Below, in pieces: positions 1-10,998 of a DNA stretch of 64,000 nt. Numbering within the stretch: position 1 is the stretch's first letter; each line of letters starts with the position of its first letter. The DNA lies in the NCBI GenBank assembly GCA_902634795.1, contig CACPLK010000001.1:28058-92057 (forward strand), in the 5' to 3' direction. The position numbers were made by a program, and so were the translations under genes. The stretch is from an uncultured Prochlorococcus sp. GTDB taxonomy: Bacteria; Cyanobacteriota; Cyanobacteriia; PCC-6307; Cyanobiaceae. The notes under the pieces were generated by a model. The model was not told the DNA's origin, searched no databases, and worked only from the letters and a program-made list of their open reading frames with translations.

Positions 1-293
1 CACAAGTCACTGACACCATAAAAAAGGTTGATAAAGATGGTGAGATTATTGAGAGCCCTCCTCGCTCAGATTTATGGGCGGCACAGACACCTCAGGGTTT
101 TCCAGTAAATAAACTGAAGCATGCTCATAGTGAAGCAATCTCCAAAGGATGGAATGTAACTGATGATGCATCCTTGTTTGAACGTTTGGGATTGCCAGTG
201 AAAATATATGATGCTGGGCCTTCAAATATTAAAGTGACCACTCCATTTGATCTCGTGATTGCAGAGTCTTTATTGTCTACTTTAAAAGACTAA
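1..293 (+). CDS. ispD: 2-C-methyl-D-erythritol 4-phosphate cytidylyltransferase, 3' part (5' end outside window)
   Basis: Manual translation from nt 3: QVTDTIKKV...[10 protein letters not shown]...VTDDASLFE...[10 protein letters not shown]; TAA at 291-293. Not in ORF track. Confidence 0.93.
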   Translation, partial: QVTDTIKKVDKDGEIIESPPRSDLWAAQTPQGFPVNKLKHAHSEAISKGWNVTDDASLFERLGLPVKIYDAGPSNIKVTTPFDLVIAESLLSTLKD

Positions 294-1152
294 GGCTCCC
301 TTTGTCACCATTCAAGATGGCTTGACTACCTAGTGGTAGTGATGCATTCCCACAGCAGTGTCCAATAGGTAGACTTGAAACAATTGGGATTCTAAGGTCT
401 TGTGTTCGATCTTTGAAAATATCAAGAAGCTTAAACGTCTTTGATTTGTCGACGTCCTTCTCATCATCACAACCTGTAAACGAACCAAAACCTAGCCCAG
501 ATAGCTGTTGTAGAACTCCAGCCAATCTTAAGTGAGTTAGCATTCTGTCAATTCTATAGGGAGCTTCTCCGATATCTTCGATGATTAAAATAGATTTTTT
601 GAAACTTGGGAGATGTTCAGTCCCAATTAAGTGAGTCAGGACAGTGAGGTTGCCAACTATCAGACGCCCCTTTGAGATCCCGCCTCCCCACGGTTCCCCA
701 TAAATATCTGGTACGCAATTGCCAAACAAAATTGATTTAAGCCTGTCTTTACTCCAATCTGGTTCGGAACCTAAAGTTGTAATTAGTGGACCATGAATGC
801 CTCCCTGAAATCCACTGGCCAGCCGTGCAAGAAGTATGGAAGTTAAATCAGAAAAGCCTATCATCCAACCTTCTTTCCATGGTTGTTTTTTTTCTAGCAA
901 TCTTGCTGATCCCCATCCACCTCTAGCAAAAGCTAGGAGAGGGTAATGATAGTTTGGGTGTAATTCATTAAATCTAACTTCATCATTACCTGCTAAATAC
1001 CCCCATGACCTATCTATTTCATTGAAATGGTTGCATATTAATCCCCATCCCTGAAGGACTTTGATTCCAGAGTGAAGATCTTCTTTTTTAGTTATTGGCG
1101 AACTTGCCGCAACTATGTGAAAAAGATCTCCTTTCTTTATAGGTTCAGTCAT
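277..1152 (-). CDS. ldcA: LD-carboxypeptidase (peptidase S66 family)
   Basis: ARGGWGS, IGFSD (catalytic Ser), IEDIGE and IGH motifs of S66. Confidence 0.85.
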   Translation of the reverse strand: MTEPIKKGDLFHIVAASSPITKKEDLHSGIKVLQGWGLICNHFNEIDRSWGYLAGNDEVRFNELHPNYHYPLLAFARGGWGSARLLEKKQPWKEGWMIGFSDLTSILLARLASGFQGGIHGPLITTLGSEPDWSKDRLKSILFGNCVPDIYGEPWGGGISKGRLIVGNLTVLTHLIGTEHLPSFKKSILIIEDIGEAPYRIDRMLTHLRLAGVLQQLSGLGFGSFTGCDDEKDVDKSKTFKLLDIFKDRTQDLRIPIVSSLPIGHCCGNASLPLGSQAILNGDKGSLSLLK

Positions 1153-1177
1153 TTGCGAATTTTGCTAAAGACATTGA

Positions 1178-2068
1178 TCAAATAAGCTTGCTGAGGATCA
1201 TTCCAAGCAGTAATAAGCTTCCAAGTCGCACTTGATTGATGAAATGTAAACCTGAAGTCTTAATCCCTTTTTGTCTATAACTTAATAAGAAAACCTCCCT
1301 TTGCATTCCTAAAGTAGTTAACAACCAAAAAGGCCAATATATTAATCCTAAATTTGCTTTGAAAGCAGCAAGAGCTAGAAAAACACAAGTTAAAAAGTAG
1401 CAAAAAGAAACTGTTTTTAATGACTTTCCCCCGAGACTGATCGCACTGCTATTTAGACCAATTACTTTGTCTTCACTTTCATCTGCCATTGCATAAACAG
1501 TATCAAAACCGAAAGTCCAAAGAATAGTTGCAAGCCAACAAAATACTAATGTTACTCCTCCTGCTAAAGAAGATTCACTTGCTGCCCAAGGGATTAAAAC
1601 TGAAAAACCCCAGCAAATAGAAAGAATAAGTTGGGGATATTGAAACCATCTTTTCGCTGATGGATATAAAAGAATAAAAGGTAATGAAAACGTTGCAAGT
1701 AGAAGGCATAAATTTCTACTTTCTTGTGGGATTGAAAGAACTATAAATAGACTAAAAAATAACATTAAAATTAGTAGTATCCATGCTGCCTTTAGAGATA
1801 CTTTTCCATTGGCCAATGGTCTCTCTTTTGTTCTTATTATCTTCTTGTCAAACTTTCTGTCCCAAATATCATTAGCGATACATCCGGCACCGCTTACAAA
1901 TAATCCACCTAAAATTATGACTCCTATAACTAATAGAGAAGGAGGGGCTGCAGGAGTTAACCAAAGGGACCACCCAGCGGGAATGAGAAGTATCAATCTT
2001 CCGCTGGGTTTGTTCCATCTAAGAAGTTGAAAATAATATCCCATTTTTTGGGTAAGAAGATTATTCAC
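1178..2068 (-). CDS. ubiA: 4-hydroxybenzoate polyprenyl (solanesyl) transferase
   Basis: LLRWNKP, NDIWDRKFD...RPLA, FDTVYAMAD motifs; multi-TM. Confidence 0.9.
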   Translation of the reverse strand: MNNLLTQKMGYYFQLLRWNKPSGRLILLIPAGWSLWLTPAAPPSLLVIGVIILGGLFVSGAGCIANDIWDRKFDKKIIRTKERPLANGKVSLKAAWILLILMLFFSLFIVLSIPQESRNLCLLLATFSLPFILLYPSAKRWFQYPQLILSICWGFSVLIPWAASESSLAGGVTLVFCWLATILWTFGFDTVYAMADESEDKVIGLNSSAISLGGKSLKTVSFCYFLTCVFLALAAFKANLGLIYWPFWLLTTLGMQREVFLLSYRQKGIKTSGLHFINQVRLGSLLLLGMILSKLI

Positions 2069-2153
2069 GAAAATTCAAATTGATAATGATTTATAAGGTC
2101 TTCTCAATGGGGTGCTGAGGGTGTCAGAGTATTGAGGTTAAACCTACTTATTT

Positions 2154-3788
2154 ATGTTAGGTGACTCAATAAATAAGTCCTCTGAAAGGAATTCTATTGA
2201 ATTAGATCTTGGCGAAAAGCAAGATGATGAATTATGCCGTGTGGCAACAATTGATATTGGCACCAACTCAACGCATTTGTTAATTGCAAAGATTGAGCGA
2301 AAATTAAATACTTTTAGTATTGAACTTGCAGAGAAATCGACAACACGACTAGGAGAAAGAGATCCTCAGACAGGAGAACTTACATCCCTTGCTATGAATA
2401 GGGCTTTTTCAACATTAAAGAGGTTTAAGGATTTATCAGAAAGTTATAAAGTTGAGAGTCTTATTATTGCCGCTACAAGTGCAGTTAGAGAAGCACCAAA
2501 TGGGAAAACCTTTATTGCTGAAATTAAAAATAATATAGGCTTAGATGTTGAATTGATAAGCGGAGCAGAAGAAGCAAGATTGATTTATCTAGGTGTCCTT
2601 TCAGGGATGCAATTTGGAAATAAACCTCATCTCGTCCTAGACATCGGAGGAGGTTCGACAGAATTAATCCTTGCTGATAGCTCTGAGGCTCGAGCTTTAA
2701 CAAGTACAAAGATTGGAGCAGTAAGATTACAAAGAGAATTTATTAAAAAAGATCCAATATCCTCTCAAAATGAATTGTTTTTAAGGTCATTTATCAGAGG
2801 CTCTATGGAGTCTGCAATTGATAAAGTATCTAAGAGGATTGAAGCGGGAGAAATACCAGTTTTAGTAGCAACTAGTGGAACTGCTATGGCTATTGGGTCG
2901 TTAATATCTAATAAAGAAAATCATATTCAATCAAAATTACAAGGATATAAAATCACAAAAAATAATTTAGATATAATTGTTAGTCAGTTAATTAAAATGA
3001 CACCTTCTGAACGGAGTCAATTATCCTCTTTAAGTGAAAGAAGATCTGAGATTATTGTTCCAGGTGCTTTGATTTTGCAAACCATAATGAATATGGTCAA
3101 TGTTAATGAAATTATTTTAAGTGAAAGAGCTCTTCGAGAAGGATTAGTTGTTGATTGGATGTGTCGAAAAAATTATTTAAAAGATCAGCTGAGCTTTCAA
3201 GGATCAATTAGAGAAAGAACAGTTATTCATCAAGCGAAAAGATTTGGTGTTAATTCAAAACGATCAAAAAGTGTATCAGAATTTGCACTTACTTTTTATG
3301 ATCAGACTAAGGGGGTTTTGCACAATGATAATGGTGAAGGTAGAGATCTTTTGTGGGCAGCAGCTAAGCTTCACGCATGTGGTAAGCAAATTAATATAAG
3401 TGCCTATCACAAGCATTCGTGGTATTTAATCAAAAATGGAGAGCTCTTAGGTTATTCCCAAAGTGAGCATTTAATGGTAGCTGCTATCGCAAGGTACCAC
3501 AGGAAAAGTTTTCCAAAAAAAAGACATGAATCTTGGCAATTATTGGTTGATGAAAGTCAAAGAAGTTTAGTAGGTGATATGTCTTTACTTCTTCGACTTT
3601 CATGTTCTTTGGATAGAAGACCAGAACCTTTGATATCCAAAATAATTATTGAAGTTAATAAAAAGAAAGTTGATATAGAGCTAATTCCTAAGAACTTAGG
3701 CCAAAATTTAGATCTTGAGAAATGGAGCTTATCAAAGGCGATTTTGCTTATTAAAAAGATTATAGATGTTGATATAAATATACTTTAA
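2154..3788 (+). CDS. ppx: Exopolyphosphatase Ppx/GppA family
   Basis: IDIGTNS, ATSAVREAPN, EEARL, DIGGGSTE, ALREG; C-terminal HD-like domain. Confidence 0.93.
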   Translation: MLGDSINKSSERNSIELDLGEKQDDELCRVATIDIGTNSTHLLIAKIERKLNTFSIELAEKSTTRLGERDPQTGELTSLAMNRAFSTLKRFKDLSESYKVESLIIAATSAVREAPNGKTFIAEIKNNIGLDVELISGAEEARLIYLGVLSGMQFGNKPHLVLDIGGGSTELILADSSEARALTSTKIGAVRLQREFIKKDPISSQNELFLRSFIRGSMESAIDKVSKRIEAGEIPVLVATSGTAMAIGSLISNKENHIQSKLQGYKITKNNLDIIVSQLIKMTPSERSQLSSLSERRSEIIVPGALILQTIMNMVNVNEIILSERALREGLVVDWMCRKNYLKDQLSFQGSIRERTVIHQAKRFGVNSKRSKSVSEFALTFYDQTKGVLHNDNGEGRDLLWAAAKLHACGKQINISAYHKHSWYLIKNGELLGYSQSEHLMVAAIARYHRKSFPKKRHESWQLLVDESQRSLVGDMSLLLRLSCSLDRRPEPLISKIIIEVNKKKVDIELIPKNLGQNLDLEKWSLSKAILLIKKIIDVDINIL

Positions 3789-4282
3789 TAAGGTGTCTTT
3801 TTGTCTAATAAAAAGATAGTACTTCGCTGAGGATTAACCGATTCATTTTGTCCTTTTTGAATATATTTTAATAGCATAATTGAAGTAAATAATCCTAAAG
3901 AACCCGATAAAATTACAAAGATAAATGGATTGAAATTTTTGTTTTTTCTAGTATTTTTCTTTTTAATCACAGGGCTAGGTTTAGGTTCATTTTTTTTCTT
4001 TTCATTAAGTTCTTCAAGAATAAAACTAGTATCTAAGTTTAATTTCTCGGCAATTCTTCGAACCATTGCTCTAATAAAAACTTTTTCAGGAAGTGCACTT
4101 TCATTCCCTGACTCAAGTGCAATTAATTGTTCTTTCCCAATTCTGAGTGAGGAAGATAGATCCTCTACAGAAAGATTTCTACCTTGTCGTGCTTCCCTGA
4201 GAAACTCACCAACAGTTCGTAACGAGGACTTATTATTTGCGACATTAGAACTACCGCTTTTTTTTTCTTCACTTTTTTCCAA
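3785..4282 (-). CDS. RodZ-like helix-turn-helix membrane protein
   Basis: GEFLREAR...LRIG...ALESG...LPEKVFIRAMVRRIAEKLNLD HTH, basic linker, one TM near C-terminus. Confidence 0.7.
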   Translation of the reverse strand: MEKSEEKKSGSSNVANNKSSLRTVGEFLREARQGRNLSVEDLSSSLRIGKEQLIALESGNESALPEKVFIRAMVRRIAEKLNLDTSFILEELNEKKKNEPKPSPVIKKKNTRKNKNFNPFIFVILSGSLGLFTSIMLLKYIQKGQNESVNPQRSTIFLLDKKTPY

Positions 4283-4396
4283 TTAAAAACCTTTTTGGTA
4301 TTTAGATTATTCTAAAGGCTCTGTAAAGTCGTTTGTCTCTAAAAGATGATTTAACTATTTTTTTTAATTTTAAAATATACACCTTCGTTTTGCTTT

Positions 4397-5149
4397 TTAG
4401 CTAGACCTAAATAAATGTGAATGCGTAGGATTATAAAGCTTTGATCTATTATTACCGATCTTTAGAGTTGGACTGATTATATATAAAGTTGTTCTGATTA
4501 AATTTTGTTCTTGAGATGTTTTTGCCATCTCAGTCAAAGGTATGACTTTTATCCATTCGTCTGGCCAAGTTACTCTATATGCAATTGCTACAGGGGTGTT
4601 CGCAGGATAATACTTTATAAGTATGGATTGCACTTCTTCCACATGTCTTGCACTTAGGTAGAGACATAAAGAAGATTGAATAGATGCTAGCTTTTGAAGA
4701 CTCTCCTTCTCTGGTTTACCTGTCCTACCATCAGCTCTGCTTAGTATTATTGTTTGGGTTAAATCTGGAACTGTTAGTTCGAATCCTAAAGTTGCTGCTG
4801 TTGCTTGATATGCGCTTACGCCCGGAACTATTTCTACCTCAATCCCTTCATCATTTAAGCTACATATTTGTTCTGATACGGCTCCATATAAGCAAGGATC
4901 ACCATCATGGAGACGAACAATTTTTTTACCTTCCTTATGCTTTTTAATTAAGATTAAAAGGATTTCTTCTAGAGTTAATGAACTTGTCTTTATCTTTTCA
5001 CAATCATCTTTAACAAGTTTTGTTATTTGTGTAGGAATTAGAGAGTCTGTCCAAACAAGAACATCGGCTGATTTTAGTCTTTGTTGAGCTCTTATTGTCA
5101 TTAAGTCTAAAGCGCCTGGACCTGCCCCTACAATGGAAATCGGATTCAT
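4397..5149 (-). CDS. cobM: Precorrin-4 C11-methyltransferase
   Basis: [33 protein letters not shown]. Confidence 0.92.
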   Translation of the reverse strand: MNPISIVGAGPGALDLMTIRAQQRLKSADVLVWTDSLIPTQITKLVKDDCEKIKTSSLTLEEILLILIKKHKEGKKIVRLHDGDPCLYGAVSEQICSLNDEGIEVEIVPGVSAYQATAATLGFELTVPDLTQTIILSRADGRTGKPEKESLQKLASIQSSLCLYLSARHVEEVQSILIKYYPANTPVAIAYRVTWPDEWIKVIPLTEMAKTSQEQNLIRTTLYIISPTLKIGNNRSKLYNPTHSHLFRSS

Positions 5150-6060
5150 TGATTTCTCCCATTAATTGAGGAAGGATCGGGAAGTGCTTTTTTAGAAACA
5201 TAAATTCTCCATATTCCTAATAAACCTGCACTAATTAAAAATAAGCTTATCAATTGTGCGATTTTTAGTCCTCCTTCACAAAAAGGTGGAACCCCACCCA
5301 AGCAAAGAGGATCAGTTCTTAAGGCTTCTATCCACAACCGGCCTAAGCTGTAAGTGATTAAATACAAGCAACTTAAGCTACCAGGTGGAAGTTTAAGTTC
5401 TCTTTTATTTGCCTTTCTAAAAAGAAAAATCAGTATGCTAAAAACAAAAATATTCCATACTGATTCATAAAGAAAGGTAGGGTGAAAATAATCTTGAGTT
5501 GAGAAGATTTCTGGCCTAAATCTATAAGGAATAAATAATTTCCAAGGTAAATTTGTAGGAATCCCAAAAGCTTCATTATTAAAAAAATTTCCCCATCTAC
5601 CTATTGCTTGACCTAATGCAACTGAGGGGACTAAAACATCTATAACATCCCAAAAAGGTTCTTTTCTCCAGCGGCAAAAAAATATAATTGATAATGTACC
5701 CATTAGCAGTGCACCATGAATTGCAATTCCTCCTCCCCAGATTTCTAGCGCACTGGGAATAGGAATATTTAAGTTCAGTAAATTAATTGAACTCCAGAAG
5801 TTTTTGCCAGTGTAATTTCTCCATTCAAATGCAACATAATAAATTCTTGCACCAATTACAGATGCCAAAACTAAAATAGGAAGTAAATCGTTAATAAGGC
5901 TTTTTTTTAATCCTTTTTTTGAGGCCAACTCACCTGATAAATTTAGACCTGCTAAAACTGAAATAGCTATTAGTAATCCATACCACCTTAAAGAAAAAGG
6001 GCCCAGTTGAAACAACTCAGGCCCAGGTGATCTAAGCGCTAAAAAAATATGTTCCATCAA
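5146..6060 (-). CDS. lgt: Prolipoprotein diacylglyceryl transferase
   Basis: [33 protein letters not shown]. Confidence 0.95.
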   Translation of the reverse strand: MMEHIFLALRSPGPELFQLGPFSLRWYGLLIAISVLAGLNLSGELASKKGLKKSLINDLLPILVLASVIGARIYYVAFEWRNYTGKNFWSSINLLNLNIPIPSALEIWGGGIAIHGALLMGTLSIIFFCRWRKEPFWDVIDVLVPSVALGQAIGRWGNFFNNEAFGIPTNLPWKLFIPYRFRPEIFSTQDYFHPTFLYESVWNIFVFSILIFLFRKANKRELKLPPGSLSCLYLITYSLGRLWIEALRTDPLCLGGVPPFCEGGLKIAQLISLFLISAGLLGIWRIYVSKKALPDPSSINGRNQ

Positions 6061-6070
6061 CTATTTGAAT

Positions 6071-7036
6071 TTATATTCCTTCAGCAGCTTGAACTTTTTC
6101 TACTTGTTTCTTTTTAAGAACTAGCATTATTTGGGATAAGCCAACTCCTATAAAGAAAATTATCATTCCAATAACTCTTGCTTTACTTTGTAAAACTATT
6201 TCTTTGTCAAGTTGACCAAAACCTCCAACATTTGGGTCTTCGGTTAATTTTGCACCTTTTTCAATAGTGTCACCTTCTTTTATTAATAATGAAGTCCCTG
6301 CAGGAAGATTTTCAGTAAAGCTTTCTCCTTCTTCATTGTTTAGATTAATTATTTGTGTTCCATCTTCATTAGTTTCTATTGAAGTTATTTTCCCTGAATT
6401 TGTTGCGGTAAACAAATTGTTATTGCTCTTCTCACCAGTTGGATAAACTTGACCTCTTCCTCTATTACCTCCCACATGAATTGAATACTTTCCAAAATTA
6501 TAATTGCTGTCTTTTCTTGGATCAGGTGATAATACAGGGAAGACAATCTCTCTATTTTGATCCCCTGGTAAAGGACCTACTAAAATAATATTTTCTTGTT
6601 CCTCGCTGTATTGGGTGAAGTAAACACCTTGTGTTTCTTCTTTTATTTCATCAGTCCATCTTTCTTGAGGAGCAAGTTTAAATCCATCTGGAAGCATTAC
6701 AACGGCTCCAACTTGGAGAGGAACTTTGCTTCCATCAGCCCCAATCTCTTGTAGGTCCTTTTTATAGGGTATTTCTACGACTGTTTTGAAAACACTATCA
6801 GCAGCAACTGCCTGAGGCACTTCAGCTCTTGTTGGCATACTAGCTACATGACAATTAGCACAAACAATTTTTCCAGTTGCCTCTCTAGGATTTTCAAATT
6901 TTTGTTGAGCCCAAAATGGGTAGGCCCAAGTTGGTTGAGGAATTACAAATATTGAAAATCCAATAAAAACTGAAAAAAGAAGAAGTTTTAATGAACGACT
7001 CATGGTTTTAGAAATTGTATAAAAGTTTTTTTTCAT
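6071..7036 (-). CDS. petA: Apocytochrome f
   Basis: Signal peptide then YPFWAQ, CANCH heme site, [12 protein letters not shown]-terminal TM. Confidence 0.97.
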   Translation of the reverse strand: MKKNFYTISKTMSRSLKLLLFSVFIGFSIFVIPQPTWAYPFWAQQKFENPREATGKIVCANCHVASMPTRAEVPQAVAADSVFKTVVEIPYKKDLQEIGADGSKVPLQVGAVVMLPDGFKLAPQERWTDEIKEETQGVYFTQYSEEQENIILVGPLPGDQNREIVFPVLSPDPRKDSNYNFGKYSIHVGGNRGRGQVYPTGEKSNNNLFTATNSGKITSIETNEDGTQIINLNNEEGESFTENLPAGTSLLIKEGDTIEKGAKLTEDPNVGGFGQLDKEIVLQSKARVIGMIIFFIGVGLSQIMLVLKKKQVEKVQAAEGI

Positions 7037-7043
7037 TTATTTA

Positions 7044-7580
7044 TCATCCCCACCAAGGATCAGTACCAGTTCGAAAATCAGTTTCTGTCCACTGACTTAC
7101 TAAAACTTGATCATCCTCAATTGAGACATGAGCTATCGCTAGAGATAGAGGAGCTGGTCCTCTAACAACTTTTCCTGTGGAATCGTATTGACTTCCATGA
7201 CATGGACACATGTATTTATTTGCTCCGCTATTCCATGGCACTACACAACCAAGGTGAGTACAAATCGCATTGATTCCGTAACTAGTAATTGCATCCTCGC
7301 CTTCAACTATTAGGTAGGTTGGATCACCTTTAAGTCCTTGGACCAAACTTCTATCACCAACTGGATGGGTTGATAGCCAACCACTTGCACTTACATTGTT
7401 TCCTAACTCATCTTTTGCATTTGTTCCACCACCACCACCACCAGCCCTATATGGAGTGAAGTATTGGGCTACTGGATATAACGCTCCTAAAGCGACCCCT
7501 GTAACTGTTCCAAAGGTAAGCAGATTCATAAACTGCCTTCTCCCCATTGAGGGCACATCCGCAGTTGTCATTTGTGTCAT
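7044..7580 (-). CDS. petC: Cytochrome b6f Rieske iron-sulfur subunit
   Basis: Tat RRQF motif, CTHLGC and CPCHGS Rieske boxes. Confidence 0.97.
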
Positions 7581-7663
7581 TACAGACGTTCACCTATATA
7601 CAGATATTAGACCAGAATGGACACATAAAGGGTTATTAAGCTCTGCCAAGACTAGGTTTTGAA

Positions 7664-8026
7664 ATGAGTTTTGAATTCAATTCGTCAAATTCTGGTAGTT
7701 ACTCTTCTTCAATTCCATTGGAAGCAGAAGAAGTGATGAAGTGCTTAAGAAGGCGCTGGGGCGTAACATATGATTTGCGATTGTTAATAAAAAGAGACCG
7801 GATTTACTTGCAAATGATGTGGGGATTTTTAGAACAACAGTCTTTCCCTATTAATGAAGAGACTTTTAAAGAAAATTTAAATCGAATCTTAGAAATAATT
7901 AACCGTGCTGGACAATCAAATTTTGTTAGAAATTGGCTGGAAAATGTTAAGGCTAAACCAAGACTAGGTAAAGCAATTACTTTGGCTTTGCCTATGGATC
8001 AAAGGATGGACGAATTTGTCCTTTGA
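7664..8026 (+). CDS. Conserved cyanobacterial protein (DUF3067-like)
   Basis: RWGVTYDL...YLQMMW..LEQQSFP...PRLGKA; divergent from petC. Confidence 0.75.
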   Translation: MSFEFNSSNSGSYSSSIPLEAEEVMKCLRRRWGVTYDLRLLIKRDRIYLQMMWGFLEQQSFPINEETFKENLNRILEIINRAGQSNFVRNWLENVKAKPRLGKAITLALPMDQRMDEFVL

Positions 8027-8759
8027 GATTTTTTGTTAAGGCCACTAATCCAATTCCAACAAAAAACAAAAAAGTTATAGATGATGATAAAAGAATCATG
8101 GTTATGGGATCAGTTGATGGCGTTAAAACAGCGCCTGCAATGGCTGAGGCCATTACTACTAATCTCCATGCCGATAACATCTTTTCCCAAGTAATTATTT
8201 CAAAGAAACCTAGAAGCAATTGAAGTATTGGTATTTGGAAGGCTAGACCAGTTGAAAGCATAAGCAGAAGGACAAAATCTAAATATTTTTCTATTGACCA
8301 TAGTGGTTCTACAACATCGGCACCATAATTTATTAGAAATCCCATTGCTGCAGGGATCAAAGCCTTCCAGGCAAAGATAATTCCTAAGAAAAATAAAATT
8401 GCTGAACCTGCAACTGATGGTGCTATCAAAAGCTTCTCTTTTTTAGTTAGACCTGGAAGGATGAATTTTAAAAATTGGTAAAGTATGAAAGGAAGAGAAA
8501 GAGTAAGCCCCCCATAACCCGCAACTTTTATTGAGGTAAATAAAAATTCACCAGGTGCTACTTGTAAAAATTGTATTTTCCCTGCTGGAATTTCTAATGC
8601 TTGTACAAGTTTCCTAACAAATAGTAAGCAAAAACCTGACGAAAGAAGAATTGCAATAAGACTCTTGAGGATCCTTTGACGAAGTTCTTCAAGATGGTCA
8701 ACTAAAGGCATTTCAAAGGATTGAGATGCCTCATTTAAATTAGCTTTTTCCTTGATCAT
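7992..8759 (-). CDS. tatC: Twin-arginine translocase subunit TatC
   Basis: MPLVDHLEELRQR, PGL..KE, AFQIP, LTPSTDP; frame stays open to a CTG at 8810. Confidence 0.95.
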   Translation of the reverse strand: MIKEKANLNEASQSFEMPLVDHLEELRQRILKSLIAILLSSGFCLLFVRKLVQALEIPAGKIQFLQVAPGEFLFTSIKVAGYGGLTLSLPFILYQFLKFILPGLTKKEKLLIAPSVAGSAILFFLGIIFAWKALIPAAMGFLINYGADVVEPLWSIEKYLDFVLLLMLSTGLAFQIPILQLLLGFFEIITWEKMLSAWRLVVMASAIAGAVLTPSTDPITMILLSSSITFLFFVGIGLVALTKNLKGQIRPSFDP

Positions 8760-8933
8760 TATCGGAGGAGGAGCTTTAAAAATATTTTCGTTTTTGTTGG
8801 AGCTATTCAGGTTGATTTACTTTAATAGATTTATTTTAGTAGGAAATTGGGCTTATAAGAAGCAACTAAGAAATTTGAAAACTATTTTAGAAAAGCTAAA
8901 TTACTGATTTTTCGACCATACGGGTAGATTTGT

Positions 8934-9230
8934 TTAATTGTTTTTTGTTGGGTCAGGCAAAATAAAAGGAGGACAATCATTTAGTGAAGATTCACCATAA
9001 CTAGCATATTCTTTGTAGCCACCCATTTTTCCATTAGTTTTCATTAAAGCGCTTGTAAATGCCAATAAAAGAAACACTGTTGGAGCTCCAATGATTAAAG
9101 CAGCACCAAATAAATATCCAATTAAAAATTCTGGAAAAGTGTGATTACCTAGAAACTCATGAGTGCCTAGCAAAAAGTCAATCATTTTAAACTGGTCTAA
9201 TGAAGATGATAGTAAGTCATTGAAGTTCAC
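8934..9230 (-). CDS. Small hypothetical membrane protein
   Basis: Hydrophobic core FLIGYLFGAALIIGAPTVFLLLAF; alternative start ATG at 9185. Confidence 0.6.
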   Translation of the reverse strand: MNFNDLLSSSLDQFKMIDFLLGTHEFLGNHTFPEFLIGYLFGAALIIGAPTVFLLLAFTSALMKTNGKMGGYKEYASYGESSLNDCPPFILPDPTKNN

Positions 9231-10930
9231 TTCTGGTAGAAATATTTCGCGGCTCTCTCAGCTTTTCCCCAAAGGACCTTTCCACCCTTATGACTAACAG
9301 TTCCAGGTAAGGATCCTGATATCCTTTGCAGATTCTCAATTGGAACCATAATTATTGGTGTAAGTTTGTTGCCTCTCGCACGGCTAAAAAAAGAAGCAAG
9401 ATCAGCAGCCAATTCAATATCTTTGTCATCAAAAAGTCCATTGGATGATTTAAGTACAACATGGCTCCCAGGTGTCTCTTGAGCATGAAACCAAAGATCT
9501 CCTTTTTTCCCTTTTCTTAGACTAATTAATTCGTTTTGCCTGTTATTCGAACCTATTTGTATCTTAAGTCCGCTAGGACTTTTGACTTCTTTTATAATTG
9601 AAGCCTGTTCCTTTTTTCTTTTTGATTTAATCTTAGATAAATTTTTTTTAATGCAAATATATTCTTCTACCTCTTCTTGAAGTTCAATAATTGAATCTAG
9701 TTTATATTTTTTATCCACATTATTCTCATACATTAATGAATCTATAAATAACTCAAAAGATTCAATTTCTGATATTTTCTTCTTATGAAATTCGACTCTT
9801 TTAAGAATTGATTCTCTAGATCTTTTTTTTCTTTTAGCTTCTTTGAATAAATTTTGAGCCTCAATTATTTGTTTCTTCGTGGGAGATTTTAAAGTTAGAA
9901 TATTATTAGCCTTCGTTTGCATGGTTATATATTCAGAAATATTTTTAATTAGTAATCCCTGCTCTTCTAATTTTCTTGTTTCATCGTCTTTTGACTTTTG
10001 GAGATCATGCTTTAATTTTTCTCTAATAGAATTTATTTTTCTATCAATAATCTTATTTGTATAATATATTCCAAGGCCAAGACCAATTTGTTTATTTTTA
10101 ACCGTTATGTTTGCTTCTCCCCAGACAACAAACTCAGTAGAACTATTGAAATTTAGGCTGTAATTATTATTCTCAATATCTAATAGCCATTCCTTCCATT
10201 TTCTATATATTTCTTCCCATGTATTTAAGTCAATACTTGTTACCGGTTGGTTTATTACATTAATTGCTTCAGTGTAATTATTGCTTGCGATTTGTAATGT
10301 TAGAGAAGGACTAATTCCTTGATAAGTATTTTTAAGGCTATTCTTGAATGTTGATGGTACTAGGCATATATTCTCTTTCCATGAATCAAATGATTCAGAG
10401 AGTTTAGGAACTAATCCTTTAAGAGGTGGAGGAGATTTATAAAGATCTCCAGTTCCTATTGGTCTTAATCTTGAGTGATTCTCTTTGACTTGTTTCCCAA
10501 GAGTAATTACTTTGCTTGATCTGTCTAAAAGTAAAATATTACTATACCTACCCATCAACTCTACTACCAATTCTTTTTCAACATCGTTACCAGGTCTACT
10601 AGAGAATTTAAACCTTACTATCCTTTCAAACCCAGTTTGTTGTATCTCTACCAAAGCTAAATTGAGCAATAAATGTTTTAGTTGTTTCGCTAATGTGCTT
10701 TTATCACCACATCTTTTTGGGGATGGTATTTGGACAATTCTTGGGTATTCAGCGATCCAACTAATTTCTATCCATGAAAGTTTTTCTAATGTTCTAAATC
10801 CTAATTGAATAGTATGTGAATCAATTTGTTGTGCATTTTCAAATCGACTTGGAACTATGTCTTGGCTAAGCTCAAATACAACCGCTTTAAGGGTTGTTAA
10901 GTCCATTATTTGAATTGGAACTTTGTTCAT
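9227..10930 (-). CDS. NFACT/FbpA family protein (RqcH-like ribosome quality control factor)
   Basis: N-terminal MDLTTL...FERIV...ELMGRYSNILL, coiled-coil middle, C-terminal GSNNRQNE...WFHAQETPGSHV. Confidence 0.85.
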   Translation of the reverse strand: MNKVPIQIMDLTTLKAVVFELSQDIVPSRFENAQQIDSHTIQLGFRTLEKLSWIEISWIAEYPRIVQIPSPKRCGDKSTLAKQLKHLLLNLALVEIQQTGFERIVRFKFSSRPGNDVEKELVVELMGRYSNILLLDRSSKVITLGKQVKENHSRLRPIGTGDLYKSPPPLKGLVPKLSESFDSWKENICLVPSTFKNSLKNTYQGISPSLTLQIASNNYTEAINVINQPVTSIDLNTWEEIYRKWKEWLLDIENNNYSLNFNSSTEFVVWGEANITVKNKQIGLGLGIYYTNKIIDRKINSIREKLKHDLQKSKDDETRKLEEQGLLIKNISEYITMQTKANNILTLKSPTKKQIIEAQNLFKEAKRKKRSRESILKRVEFHKKKISEIESFELFIDSLMYENNVDKKYKLDSIIELQEEVEEYICIKKNLSKIKSKRKKEQASIIKEVKSPSGLKIQIGSNNRQNELISLRKGKKGDLWFHAQETPGSHVVLKSSNGLFDDKDIELAADLASFFSRARGNKLTPIIMVPIENLQRISGSLPGTVSHKGGKVLWGKAERAAKYFYQK

Positions 10931-10998
10931 TTATCATCCTTTTAACTTTATAAATAATGTAATCAACCTTCAATAGGTAAATTAGGTAGGATCTAATT

